A stretch of DNA of 63,065 nt, the filler included, from Hyphochytrium catenoides (taxonomy: Eukaryota > Protista > Hyphochytriomycota), in assembly GCA_900088475.1 (NCBI GenBank). It is 4 parts of 4 records of this genome, joined end to end, with 100 filler letters (N's around TTAATTAATTAA, not from the genome) between each part and the next. Parts side by side here need not be neighbours in the genome. Positions count along the whole stretch, not along the records: positions 1 to 22,425 come from FLMG01004391.1; 3 more parts are not named here. One strand, written 5' to 3'. The position numbers and the translations under genes are program-made. The notes below the pieces were generated by a model, which did not search any database, was not told the DNA's origin, and saw nothing but the letters and a program-made list of their open reading frames with translations. Position 1 is the stretch's first letter. The number at the start of each line of letters is the position of its first letter. Below are positions 1 through 12,300 of the stretch, one piece after another.

Positions 1-12
1 CGCTCTCTCTCG

Positions 13-49
<37 letters not shown>

Positions 50-661
50 CTTTCACCGTCCCCACTTCCCTTTCTCTCCCCTCTGTCTCTCTGTTCTTCT
101 CTGTCAATAATCTCCTACAGTCCCCAGAAACCATCCGCTTTGATGTCTTGTAACGCCCGAGACCACCCACCCTCCTTAGCGGTTGTTAAACTGTAAGGCG
201 GTGGGTGGGTGGTGGTCTCGATCCTCTTCGTTCTTATGGCTTCACAACCGTTGTTAGTGAGCAGGTTGTAAGTCAATCGCACTGCTTATTAGATCTTTGC
301 TCTCCCTCTCTCTTTCCTCTCTCGCTCCTCTCTTCCTCTGTCTGCCGCATCCACTTAGTCATTCTCCTTCTCTCTTCATACCTCGCTGATCTTCCTTTCA
401 GTAGTGCCCTGGCATTGGCCGCCACCTCCTTGACTTGTACCCTTACTACTGTCTGCCGGCGGCGCTGAACTCACATTCCGTGTCCTTGCGGCAAGCGCCA
501 ACCGCGGACAGATAGAGAGAAGCAGCCGGGCGGATCGGAACAGGGGAGGAGACACCGATGATGGAAGGGAAGTGGGAATGTAGTGGCAATATTTAAGGGG
601 CAAACAACATCGTCGCCGATCCTGGCCAGAGATTAAAAAAAGAGTCGGCCACCGAGACAGA

Positions 662-3600
662 ATGACCGTCTGTAGGGAGCCGCTGCTTCCCTTCTGGCTT
701 CTTTTCTTCTCTGGTTTCTTTGTGGGCGTAGTATTGACCACCATCCTAGCCTTCAAACTCCAACATGCCCTCTCTCGTACTCAGGACATCGTTACCCACA
801 GCGAACTGCAGGAGAGAGAGGACAAGAAGAAAGAGTCAGACATTGGAGGCAAAAGTGATGAAGTAAGTGGCAGTGAAGAGAATGGAAAGAGAGAGAGTGA
901 CAAAGACCAAGGGACGACTAAGGTGCGGACTTATGAGGAGGTTACCCTTGATTACCTGAACCACTGTCGCAACGTGAAGAACAGCAGGGCACTCTGCAAG
1001 TTGCTACGATCTTTCCTGCAGGAGGTGCGCAACCTAAGTCCTCTTCTCTCTCTCATATCGGCGTCTTCCTTCGTCTCTGTTTAATTGATACTTTTATCCT
1101 GTCACTGCTCTTTCCCTTCCCATCATTCGTCTTTCTTCTACCTTGTTACCATCCCTCCTTCTTGTTTATCGGGTATCATCTTGAACTGACTGCCGCACGG
1201 TGTGTCTCGTAGGTGGAGAATGTACAGAAGAACTATGCAAAAGCGATTTTTAAGCTCACGGGGAGCCTGTCCGCAAATGTTCGGGAGAAAGAGACAGAGC
1301 CTCTACTGCAACAGTGCTGGGACGTCATCGTAAGCGGCCTCGAAAGGGTGGGAAGAGCACATCAGGATGTTGGAGAGAGTTGCGCTGGTTCTGGTCTCTC
1401 TCTCTTGCAGAGAATGGAGACAGAGCTGGCGGCAGTAGAAAGCCAGCAAACTCTAAGAGGAGCTCTCACAGTCAAAGAGTACGAGGCAGCTAAGGGCGCC
1501 TGCGCCAATGCGGAGAAGGACTTTGCTAGGCAAGATGCAAAGGCTAAGGCATTCTTTGCTGAGGTCAGGAGGCGGGGGCTGATACTCTCTCCATGTTTTC
1601 TCCTATACTTCCTCGACCATTTTTTCAAGATCTTCCCTCTACTATCTCTCTACCTGGCGGCTCCTCCTTCTCTCGCGTTGTTGTCTTTTGACCTTTTGTC
1701 CTCAATCTCAGTCCTCTTCCTCGCTTTATCTCATATAGAGTGTTCCCTATTCTCCTGCGTAACCTCTTCTCCTTTCACTCGCTTTGTTAGATTACCTATC
1801 AACTACCTTATAATTCTCCAACAATCCCTGGCTTCCTGCCTACTTTTTCAAACCTTTTCCTTTGACCACTGCTTCGTACTTAGTCCCTCAATCTCTTCGT
1901 TCCATTATACCCTATCTCAAAAGGCGCAGAAGACAGCTCAGGAAGGCGACGAAACCAGAAAAGTGGCCAATAAGCAGCTGTTCGTACGTCTCCAGCAGGC
2001 CCAGGAGACCCTTGATCGTGCTATGAGCCAGCTCTCTTCAGCAGAAGCCTCGTTCTTCTCTCAGATGCCAGATGTGCTGGAGGAATTTGCTGCTGGAGAG
2101 AGCAAAAGGACGGCTGGCACCATACAGATGGTCAATTTACTGGTAGAGCAGTTCGAGGCCGGAGAACAGCACTGTCGGGTCACACTACGAGCTATGATGG
2201 TGAGACCATTTGATATGTTCACTGTCCCATCCTGTGCAGTCGTACTCACTCTGGTGGTTTATAAGGCTTTGTCTGCCTCTATTCTTTTGCTTCTGATCCG
2301 TCACTTACCTATTGTGCCTACTGGCTTCGGCTTCACTACTCTATCCGCAACCTGCGATGCCCGAGCAGATCCGGTTCCTTCTCCCTTAGCTGAATCTACT
2401 AGCCTTGGAGCACACATGGTGTCATTATAGCTAAACCTACTATTCTATGCCCCCATCTAGTCTGACCTTGAAGCTCTTAGCGGCCGCATGGCATACTCTT
2501 CTTCAGCCGATTCCACGAGATCTAAACCAGACAGCGGGACAGGGAAGAGCGTGGAGAATGATGGCAGAGAATCGTGTCGTTGGTTCGAGGTCTTCCTTCA
2601 ACGCTTCTGGCGCGATTGTGCCCGCAGCGAAGTGTTTAATGAAAGCTGTCGACAGAAGATTGCCGCCGCCTTGAACAAGGGGACTCTGCCTGGCTACCTG
2701 GACCCAATAAGAGTTGTCGACTTCAGGTTTGGTCACAAAACACCATCTGTCTCCTACGCCCGGCTCCTTCCTCCTTCATCAAGGCTGGAGGACCTAGCCT
2801 ATGACGACTCTGGAAAAGGAAAGAAAGCGACTGAGAGGGGAAACGAGACCATCACCAGTCCTACGGAGGATGATCACGACGTAGAATCTACAATCGAACT
2901 CCATGAGTGTCCTGTATCCTTCACTGTAGCCACCAACGTCTGGCTCAACTGGCCGAAAGAGCGCTTTACCTCAATGCCTATTTCAGTGAAGATTACTCTG
3001 GTGCACATGTCCGCACGTCTACGGGTAGGAGTACGGTACCAGCACACATTTGTAAGCTTTATGTCTGAGCCTTACTGCCGGTTTGCTGTAGACTCGGAGG
3101 TAAGTAATCACCTGAAAGATAGCCAATAGCTATGGGAGAATACTGTTGATAAGGCAAAAGGCAAACCCCCACTTGACCTAACTGTAGAGAAAGTACGACA
3201 ATGAGAACTTGTACCGGTCGCTAGTCTTCCAACTGACTCGCATGCTTGTTCAACCTTTCGCATCTGCAGTTGGGCTCCACAAAAATGTTTCAAAATCTGC
3301 CCCAAGTCTCAAGTTTTCTTGTCAGTAAGTTGACGGCAGCTTTGCGAGCCAACTATTTATACCCTCGGTGCATGCGCTTCCCTCTTCCTTGGCATAGTCT
3401 TACGAAAGATGAAGAGACGTCAGAGGCATCTCGACGACGGTCCTCTGGTCGCCCAGCCGACGACGATTCCACATTCATGCCTACAGAACTTGGATCTTCC
3501 AGGTTGTCGATGGCCAGCACAGGTAGCTCGGAAGAGGCCTCCCCAATGGATGTTAACATCAGAAAGGCGGAACCAGAGACCCAGCCAGCAGCCAGCTCAG

Positions 3601-5495
3601 CGAGAGCAGAGCTAGGCATTGCGGACTCCAGTAACTCCTCATTTCTATCTGAAGGACTGAAGGAAGGGCAAAAGTTGCATGAGCAAAATAGTGCCCAGAC
3701 CTCACCTCATATGGGGAGCTTATACCCCGATTATCACGAAAGTGCTAAGGCTGCGGAAAAAACTTCAGAGGATAAAGAAGGACAAGGCCAACCGGAGAGA
3801 TGGACTCTTGGTATGGCTGCAGCCAAGCGACACATTGCTGGCTTAGCGCGAGAGAAACTCGCACAGTTTGACTCCAAGATCGAAACATTTACCCGAGAAC
3901 GTAAAGGCACTTCCGATCGGAGCAGTGAGGACTCAAACTCTGGCTTACTATCCCAGCTCGACTCGGTTCGGAGTCTGTTAGGTGAGTGGTAAACAGGACA
4001 GTACAAGGTACTAGCCACCGCTGTTCAATAGAGCAAGAATTTGCAGCGAGAAAGGCGGTCAGCGAGGTGAATGGCAAGTAAGGTCCTATAGGTAGAGACA
4101 GAGTAGACGATACTCAACCGCAGACGGCTGACTAGCTAATATGTTGCTCAGGGAACTCTGGCCACCGAAGCGCTGACTCCAAAGAGGTTCAATCAGAAAA
4201 TTACGGAAGTCTGTCTCCCTCTACGTTCCAATCGGGCCCGTTCTTATCGGTCGTTGCTGATGACCAATTGGAGGAGTATCTGAAGGTTAGAGTCAACGAA
4301 GAACTTCTTACCAGGAGAAAGTGGGCAAGGATTCGAAGCGGCCAGCTCATGCTGGCAGATGACAACAGCGAACGAGGAGCAGAGAAAGGAGTACAAGAGA
4401 CAGTGGCAGTTCCTCTGTTGGGCTGTACCTGTAAAGAGGCCACAGCGTGGTATGAGAAGCAGTTCTCGTTTACTCTTCTATTCCGATCTCGTTCTGGGGA
4501 TCCTTTAGCGCCAAGACTGGCCAACACAGTGATAAAAAAGCTCACGCTCACCACCAGCAGTGCCGAGAGGAGAGCACTGTGGTTAGAGACCATAGGAAAA
4601 CTCTCCATAGCTCCTCCCTGCAACGCCCCTACAGTTCCTACATCCGCAATTCCCGCATCAGCTCCTTCTGAGACATGCACATCTTTGGGTCAAGATCCCG
4701 ACGAAGAAGGAACTGCGAAGACAAGCCCTTCGATCTCGTCAAAGTTCGAGGAGGCTATGGCTGCCACAGTGCCTGAGGCTGAACTTCCCTCCTCATCCAA
4801 TTCTCTCCCATCAACGTCAATTACGCTTCCTCTGGGTGTAGGGTTAACCCCAACGTCTGTTTCATCTTACCCTCTTTCTCCTCCAGATTTCTCTCCCCTT
4901 CCTAGTACCTCTGAGGCACCAAGCCCGCGAGCTCCGGTGGATATTCTTTGCAGTTCCGGCCAAGAGTTGGCGCTCACGCCTGTTAATTTATTCTCTATGT
5001 TCTTGGACAAAACGTTGGGAAGTACCGGTGCACTAACCGCCACAGATTCGCAGGTAAAGCTCATCTGAACGCTTTGTATATATGCGTGAAACGTCTAGGA
5101 ATGCCTGACTGTGGTTATCTGTCTTTCTACAGCCAACGGATTCCGAAGGACACACTATCTCTTCGTCTGCACCGACTCGCAGGTCTCTGACACAATCCCT
5201 AAGTAGCTTCATGTCATCATCACCAATAGCTCCCCGTCCTCCCGCTGAAGCGCTCAAGGATAGATTGGAAGACGACCAGATTAAAGCTCCAGAGAGCGAT
5301 GATAGGGATTCTTCCAAGGACTGTGCAGCGGTAGTCTCCCCTGCCACGGTACTTTTAGGCAACTCTGCATCCTTTGGCAAGGACGGAGGTGTAGAGAAAT
5401 GCAAGACCTCACCGCCAGGTCAAGACGGCAAGACTTGTGATGGAGCCGCGGCAGATTCGCACAAGGAGATCGTAACATCCGTCGAACCATGTTAG
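662..5495 (+). CDS. Membrane-anchored lipid-transfer/tether protein: N-terminal TM + F-BAR(FCH)-like domain + SMP domain + PH domain (~1201 aa, 7 exons)
   Basis: Phase-consistent GT-AG exons 662-1024, 1213-1563, 1924-2199, 2461-3099, 3270-3981, 4152-5053, 5133-5495 (3606 nt). TM: FWLLFFSGFFVGVVLTTILAF. F-BAR-like: LCKLLRSFLQEVENVQKNYAKAIFKL...CWDVIVSGLERVGRAH...FFSQMPDVLEEF..ESKR. SMP start: ESCRWFEVFLQRFW...LPGYLDPIRVVDFRFGHKTP. PH: EEYLKVR..RRKWARIR..VPLLGC..SSAERRALWLETI. Confidence 0.8.
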
Positions 5496-5983
5496 CAATC
5501 CACCAGTCGACAAACAGCGCAAAATTAAAGGCTCTGAAGCTCTGAAGATTTATAAAGCCGGCAATGTTGTTCCCCATAGCAATCTGTCAAGGACGTTCCC
5601 GCCCGATATACATGTTCTAATAAACTATAAGGCAAGTCTTACTTACCCAGGGCCAGCTGTCCTTCAGAAAAAGCCGATTTCCTGGACAGAGACTGCAGAA
5701 TCTTCAAAATATTGCCTCAGGAATGTCAGAATTGAGAACGTCCATGCGCTTCTATTCTCGATCGCCGCCGAATTTCGCCTTCAAGACTTTTCGTAATTAG
5801 GAGCGAAGAAGACCGAGAAACGATTCTTCCCCTGTTTGCCCTTCTGGTGATTCGCACGATGACCCTAGTAGACGTGGACCAGTTAATCTTGGGTTCTTTA
5901 TCACATCGTATTGACCCTTATAAAAAGGGATAAATTATCCTTAGGATTGGGTACGCTCTGGATTCTCATCACGAGAAATTGGG

Positions 5984-6004
5984 TTTGGCGCGGGGATTTG
6001 GCGG
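5984..6004 (+). promoter_or_regulatory. Two tandem E2F-like motifs (TTTGGCGC, TTTGGCGG) about 400 bp upstream of the RAD50 ATG
   Basis: Match to the TTTSSCGS consensus in the RAD50 upstream region; function inferred only. Confidence 0.35.
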
Positions 6005-6385
6005 GCTTTTCGGCGCACGCAAAAGGGACACCGTGAAGTTAAAAAGGAGGGTTTTAGAAAGTGGTAAACGCTGAGAGCAAGAGTCTCCGTAAATCATTTA
6101 CAAAGAGCTTGCGCTTCTGAAGATTTTCGTGTTCCGTTTTGTTGGTGTGTCTGGGATAAACTTCTTCGAGCTTGTTCATAGTTTTAATATGAAGGGATGA
6201 AAGAGAAGTACATCCTCAGTCCGAAGCAGCTTTATTGAAGGTTTGGGAATTCCGCTGGCGTTCGGTTGGGGCTCTAGATCCATCTCCTAGTGCAAATTAT
6301 AAGAGTTTGACGCTGTTCTTATCGGAAACTGGCGAAGATATTAGGGCAAGTGAACACCTAGCCCGTCATTGCCACTCCTGTCACG

Positions 6386-9300
6386 ATGTCTTGCGTGGAA
6401 AAGCTGGCAATTAGCGGTATTAGGAGCTTCAGCCCCAATGAAGAACAGGTATCATTCCGCCATGATCTACTCCTCTTAATTATCTAAGCCCGGCGCTTGT
6501 GTAGTCTATCATCTTCTTCAAACCACTGACGGTCATTGTGGGATCAAATGGCTGTGGCAAGACGGTAAGGATTGTAATCTGCTGTTGATCAGCTGGGACT
6601 CATAGAATGTGGGTCAAATGGTAGACTATCATCGAGTGCTTGAAGTACTCTTTCACGGGCTCTTTGCCGCCAAACTCTAGAAATGGCCAGTCTTTTGTGC
6701 ACGACCCTAAGGTAAGAAGTAGCGGGAGATGGACTGGGGCCCCCGCTGTCTAGAGCTTTGCTTATCACTCCACTACATCTCCATGCGTGTCGCGAAGATC
6801 TCAAACACCACTGAGGTGAAGGCGGTGATCAAAGTCAAGTTTCGCAATGTCAGTGGTGCACCCATGGTAGCTCAGAGAGTGCTCAAGGTAAGCACATGAG
6901 TGGTATCGGGATAGTTCAAACGGCAATTGGTTATGGCATCAGATATGCCTAGATGAAAAGAAGGCATGTGGATCGCTGAGCGTGGGAATCAGCAACGGTT
7001 CTGTAGGGGCCACGGGTTGACAGAGCGAAAGTCGAAGCAACCAAAGATCCAGTGACGGCAAATCCAAATGCCATCATATCCAAATGCCATCATATTCTGG
7101 AGAATGACTAGGAGCTATCTGTGCCATTGGTTGACCGGATTGTCTGCGCAGGTGACTCAGCTGAGGGCTAGTCTACGTTTCACAGCACTTGACGGCGTCA
7201 TTAAGACTATCAATCAGCGAGGAGAAACCGTTTCCATGGCACACAAGTGCTCAGAACTGGACGTTCATATCCCAGGTCAGAAGGGCTTTATGCTGGCCTG
7301 AGAAATTGTGATATCCTCAACTAAGTATGATTTACACTTGTGACTTCATCTACAGACCAGCTTGGTGTAACTCGCGCTATTTTGGAAAACGTAATCTTCT
7401 GCCATCAGGTTAGATCTCGAGCTCAGGGGCTTTGCTCTTGTCGGGGCTTGACAAGTCTTGCCTTTCTTTCTTACCTTTCCATCCACTGGGCGCATCGCCC
7501 TGGTTGTCCGGACCATTGGCCTTTTTGCTCCTGCAGGAGGACTCGAATTGGCCCCTCCAGGATGGTGCAGTTCTCAAGAAAAAATTCGATGACATATTTG
7601 AGTCCTCGCGATACACGAAGGCCCTGGATACCATCCGAAAGACACGAATTGAGCACGTGAGCAAAGCCAAAGATTACAAGAGGGATCTTGACGTCTTACG
7701 AGTGAAGGTAGGAGAGTCCTTTCATCCAAGTTCTCGGGCCCGTTTCTCCACATCTTGGGCTCATCTTGTATCAGGTTGCCATCTTTCACTTTGTCCGGGG
7801 TATTGCTCACAAAAGGAACTTCCATGGCAGATGGAGCAATCAGAGGGTCTCTACAAAGACCTAGAATCCGGCAAGGAGAAAATCAGTGAAGCAACTGCCG
7901 CAATCGCCACAATGACCAAGGGCATTGAGGGCAAGGAAAGAGACCTTCAGGCAGTAGAGGAAGAACTTAGCCGAATCTCATCATTGGAGGTAAGCTTTAC
8001 CATTCTTCTGTGTATTTCAACTAGCAGCGCCAAGAACACTTTGCATGGGCAGTTGTTGTAGCCATTTAGAAGCAACGAGAGTACAAGTCCTGGCTATCTT
8101 GGCAGTCGCATCACACCTTCCTTCCTCTCTTCATTCGGCCATCTCTTCGCAGACGGCGCTGCGCGAAAGTAAAGCTCTTTACAACGAAAAAAGGAGGAGG
8201 GAAAATGAATGCCTCCAGGCACTGCAACAAGAAGTCACCGGCACCGACGAAGAGCTGGAATTACTGATGGAAACCTTCGAGCAGCAGACCGCCAAGGATC
8301 AGGACAACATTGCGAAGTTAACGGTACTCTTTTTATCGACTCCGTTCTTGAGTCTATGGCGTTAACTCTCTACCCAAGCGCTAGCCCAAATTAAAATGAC
8401 CGCCATGTTGTCCTAAGTCCTCTTCTTGTTGAATAGCAATATCTGAACCACGCGTCCTCTTTCTTGCGGCATATCATACAACACGTTCATTGCAGCACCG
8501 TGATCAGGGTGTACTAAGTCCCCTCCTTTCGGCCATATTTTGATAAAATCACTCCTCAGAGCCAAGAAACTCAGCTGAAGCGTCACAAAGCTGAGCTTCA
8601 GGGGAAGCAAAATGCTGTTTTTCAGGAACAGGGAAAGCTTCGAGCCACAATGGACCACCAACGACAAGTTGTGCTTGAGAGAGATCTTCTCATACAGGAG
8701 CTTTCATTAAAGTACGAACTGGGAAATTTCCTATCCCCATTCACGGAGGAGGAGTGCAAACGGTTCAGCCGTGTGCTAACGGAAAAGGAAAGGAAAGAAA
8801 GGTCAGAGATTGCTCAAAACCAGACGGCCATGAGAGCAGAGGAAGATGCACTGGCGGATGAGGTAACGAAGCTACGCACAAGAGCACAAGTCGCCTCCTC
8901 CCAAAAATCAGAGAAGCTCCGTGCTTTATCGAACACAGAAACAAAGTTGGATCGAGTGCTGAGAACTTTGAGAGAGGTACTTGGATCTATCTATCTGCTA
9001 GCATCTGGGCCTGTTCCGTCAGTATTCACATAGCCCAACCGTGGAAGTCGCTTACTAATAACTCATGGTTCGCGGTCGCTCCTTAGTGACAGATATAACT
9101 CTAACCTAATCTCGCTGGCTAGATGGGGATGTCGAACATGCCGACTGACCGTGAGTTCGCGGATGCAGATTCGAGGATCGCGGAGGCAGAGGCTCGCATC
9201 GCTGATCTTAAAGCAGAGAACCAGACACGTCTGCTGGCTGCTGGAATAGATGCCAAGAACTTGACAATCAACGAAAAGAACTATCGCGTGGAGCGACTCA

Positions 9301-12300
9301 CTCAGAAGATAACCATTCTTCGAACTCAAGAGAGTGAGCAACTCTTGCTAGAAGCCCGAAAGGAAGAACTTGAGAAGAGGAAGAGGGCCCTGTCGGACAG
9401 GATAGAGCGCAGTAGTTACCTCTCACGCGGACTTCTAGGCAGAGATATCACCCTCCGTAGCTTGGAAGCCGACGTTTCTGAGCTTAGAAGACTTTTGGAA
9501 GACAAGAAGGCTAGCAGGGGCCTGCTTTTTGCGGAGGTGCAGGAGGCGAAGACAAAGCTGACTGGCAGCTCTGTGACCATCCAAGGTTTGGAACAGCAAC
9601 TGAGGGCCGCACAACAGCAAAAAATGGCCCTTGAAAACGGCGTCCTCAATTCTCTTTTACAAGAGATAAAAGGGGATGCTGAAAAGGAGGGAGAGGAGGG
9701 AGGACTGGAAGCTGCTCCTGCATACGTCGAGAAGGCCCAGCAAGAGTGGTTAGCGGCCAAAGAACACCTTTCATCCATTGAAGCGGCGCCAGGGTTTCTC
9801 AAGAGATACCTTAAGAAAGGAAAAAGGGACAAGTGTTGCCCTCTATGCATTAGGTATCGCTACTCGGTCGCAAGTTCAAGCGTTGGCTGTGCACCTCCCC
9901 TGCTTTATGTCGCTTCACTGGGTTCTTAAGCTGGGCACTCCTACTAAAGCTCTGAGCTCACCTTCGTTGCAATGGATGTAACACTCTCGCCTAGCCTTTC
10001 GGTTCTGTGAGTGAGCCGCCATGTGTTGCTTCTTCTTGACACTCTCGCTGCTTTCAGGGACTTTTCCGATGAAGATCTTCAGCGTTTCCAGGAAAGCATT
10101 ATTGCAAAAACCACCTCGGACGAACTTCAAAGGCTCAAGCGACAAGGTGGGGAAAAGGAGAGGGAGAAGTATCAGAGATGGAAAAGTTTCGAGGGGGTTA
10201 TGTCGCACTGGGGTACGTGGAAGGATCTGCAGGAGAAAATGGAGCCTTTGCATGCCAAGCTGGCTGAGTGCAGACAACAGGAGAAGGTAAGAAGACAGCT
10301 TTATGTTGCATGGTGAATTGGGTGCGAGAGAACAAGAAAATGTCGATGGCGGTACGCTCTTTGTGAGAGGCATCTAGCACGATCCTGACATGGAGACTAT
10401 TACCTCTCTTATAGGTTGCATCAGTTGCCTGTCCAGGCCCACATTGGCTTTGCTTTATCCTATTTGGTTTTCTGTTCCATCGCAACTGACGACTATTGGT
10501 ACAGCAATTGTCAGAACAAGTGGATGTCAAGGCGCAACAGCTGCAGCAGGCCGAGAAAGAGGAGAAAGAGTTAGAGAACGCCGCAATAGAACTCTCGTCG
10601 TCTTTGGAGGTTCAAAAGGAGCTCAAGAGGATGCAGAGAGACCTGCGCTCGTTGGAGCAAAAACAGCTAGATCTTTTGTCTGAGTCTGCTGGCGAACAGC
10701 TGACGCTCAAGGAAGCACAAGAGGAAAGGGACAGGCTAAACAAAGAAATCCAGGAGTTGAACCGTAGTCTGCAGGTAAGACTACATCCTCTTTCGGGTAC
10801 TTCTGGTAGCGTAGGCGTCAAAGTCCGGGACCCCTCGGTTCTCTCAGCTGCCGCAGCAACATTGCCCTCGATGCTCACCCTGTATCAATTCATCGTTTAG
10901 TTTTTCTGGTAGTGTCCTAAAGGTCACATAACGTGTTCGGCTAACTTCTCCGCTCTCGCCGACACCGTTTTGCATGTGCGACGCACTTGACTTGAGTTGC
11001 AGTGTCTATTTGCTTAGAGTGAGGCAGCTAATCTTCCTTGCAACACTGTCTGTGACTATAACTCACCTATAGGAGGATCAAAATGAGCTGCATAACCTGC
11101 AAAATCGGATGAATCAGGCTCAAACGAGTCTGTTCAATGCCAAGCAGCATAGGAGCGACCTTGAGAAGAGAGGGCGAGAATTCAAGGAGAACAAGAAAGA
11201 GCAAGAAGCACTTCAGACTACGCTACAGCAACTACGAAAGGAAATACTGGATATAGAAAGTACACAGGCTCCCCTCCAGAGCACCCTCAGAGAGAAAGAA
11301 GCGGCCCTTGCAACAAAGCGGGGAGACAACCAATCGCGCCTTCATAATCTGAGAGAAAGACTATCTGAGCTTACATCCGCTTTGAGAAACTTTGAGATGA
11401 AAATGGTACTAGGCTGTTGTTTCAGCTGTACTTGTCCATAGAAGTTCTGTTTATTCGCTCTTTCTCTGCTCCCCTATCGTCTACTACGGGAGCTTACATC
11501 CGCTTTGAGAAACTTTGAGATGAAAATGGTACTAGGCTGTTGTTTCCGATGTACTTGTCCATAAGTTCTGTTTATTCGCTCTTTCTCTGCTCCCCTATCG
11601 TCTACTACGGCAAGACGAAGTAAGTCACCCTGATTGCTGTTGCAATTTCCAACCATCGGCGGCCAGGCCGCTCGTTTCAATTGCAACAAGGGGCGAAGCG
11701 TTTCCTTGCTTGTGGTCCAACACAGCTTCTTACCCTTTACCATTCCAGACGCGTGCCTAATATCTGTGGATGGGGAAAGAATGCAATACGCTAACTTTGT
11801 TTAACCGTAGGACCAGGAAAGAGCAGCGTCTAAGGAAGTGGCAGAGATCCAGAAGAGCAGGTTACCAGAGCTGATCCAACAGTTAGAGGGAGAAATGAAG
11901 GCTGTGGATGAACGCCTTACGACCATCCAGCCGCAGCTGGAGCTCCTAAGGAACAAGCTAGATCAAACGAATACGCACAGGCATAACCTGCAAGATAATA
12001 TAAAGTACAGGCAAGCAAAGAGGGAAAAGGAGAAAGAGCAGGGGGTTATTACGCAATATGGACGAGAGCTGGACAAGCTACGGAAAGGGGAGGAAGTGAA
12101 GCGAGAGAGGGAGAGAATGGTGCAACAAGTCCAACAAGAAAGAGAAAAAAGGGCTATCAAACAGGGAGTCCTACGGCAGCTCAGGCAGCATGTAGAAGAC
12201 CTTCAACAACGACTGAAAGGCCAGGACTACGACCAGATTGAGGAAAGGTTCAGACGCGTTCTCATCCAACATGAAACTACGGCGATGGCGGTGGAGGACT

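Noticed and set aside
1564-1923. 360-nt in-frame, stop-free hydrophobic insert read through by ORF 1213-2430
   Set aside because: Bounded by GT..AG, pyrimidine-rich, and interrupts the F-BAR-like helices; best explained as an ordinary intron
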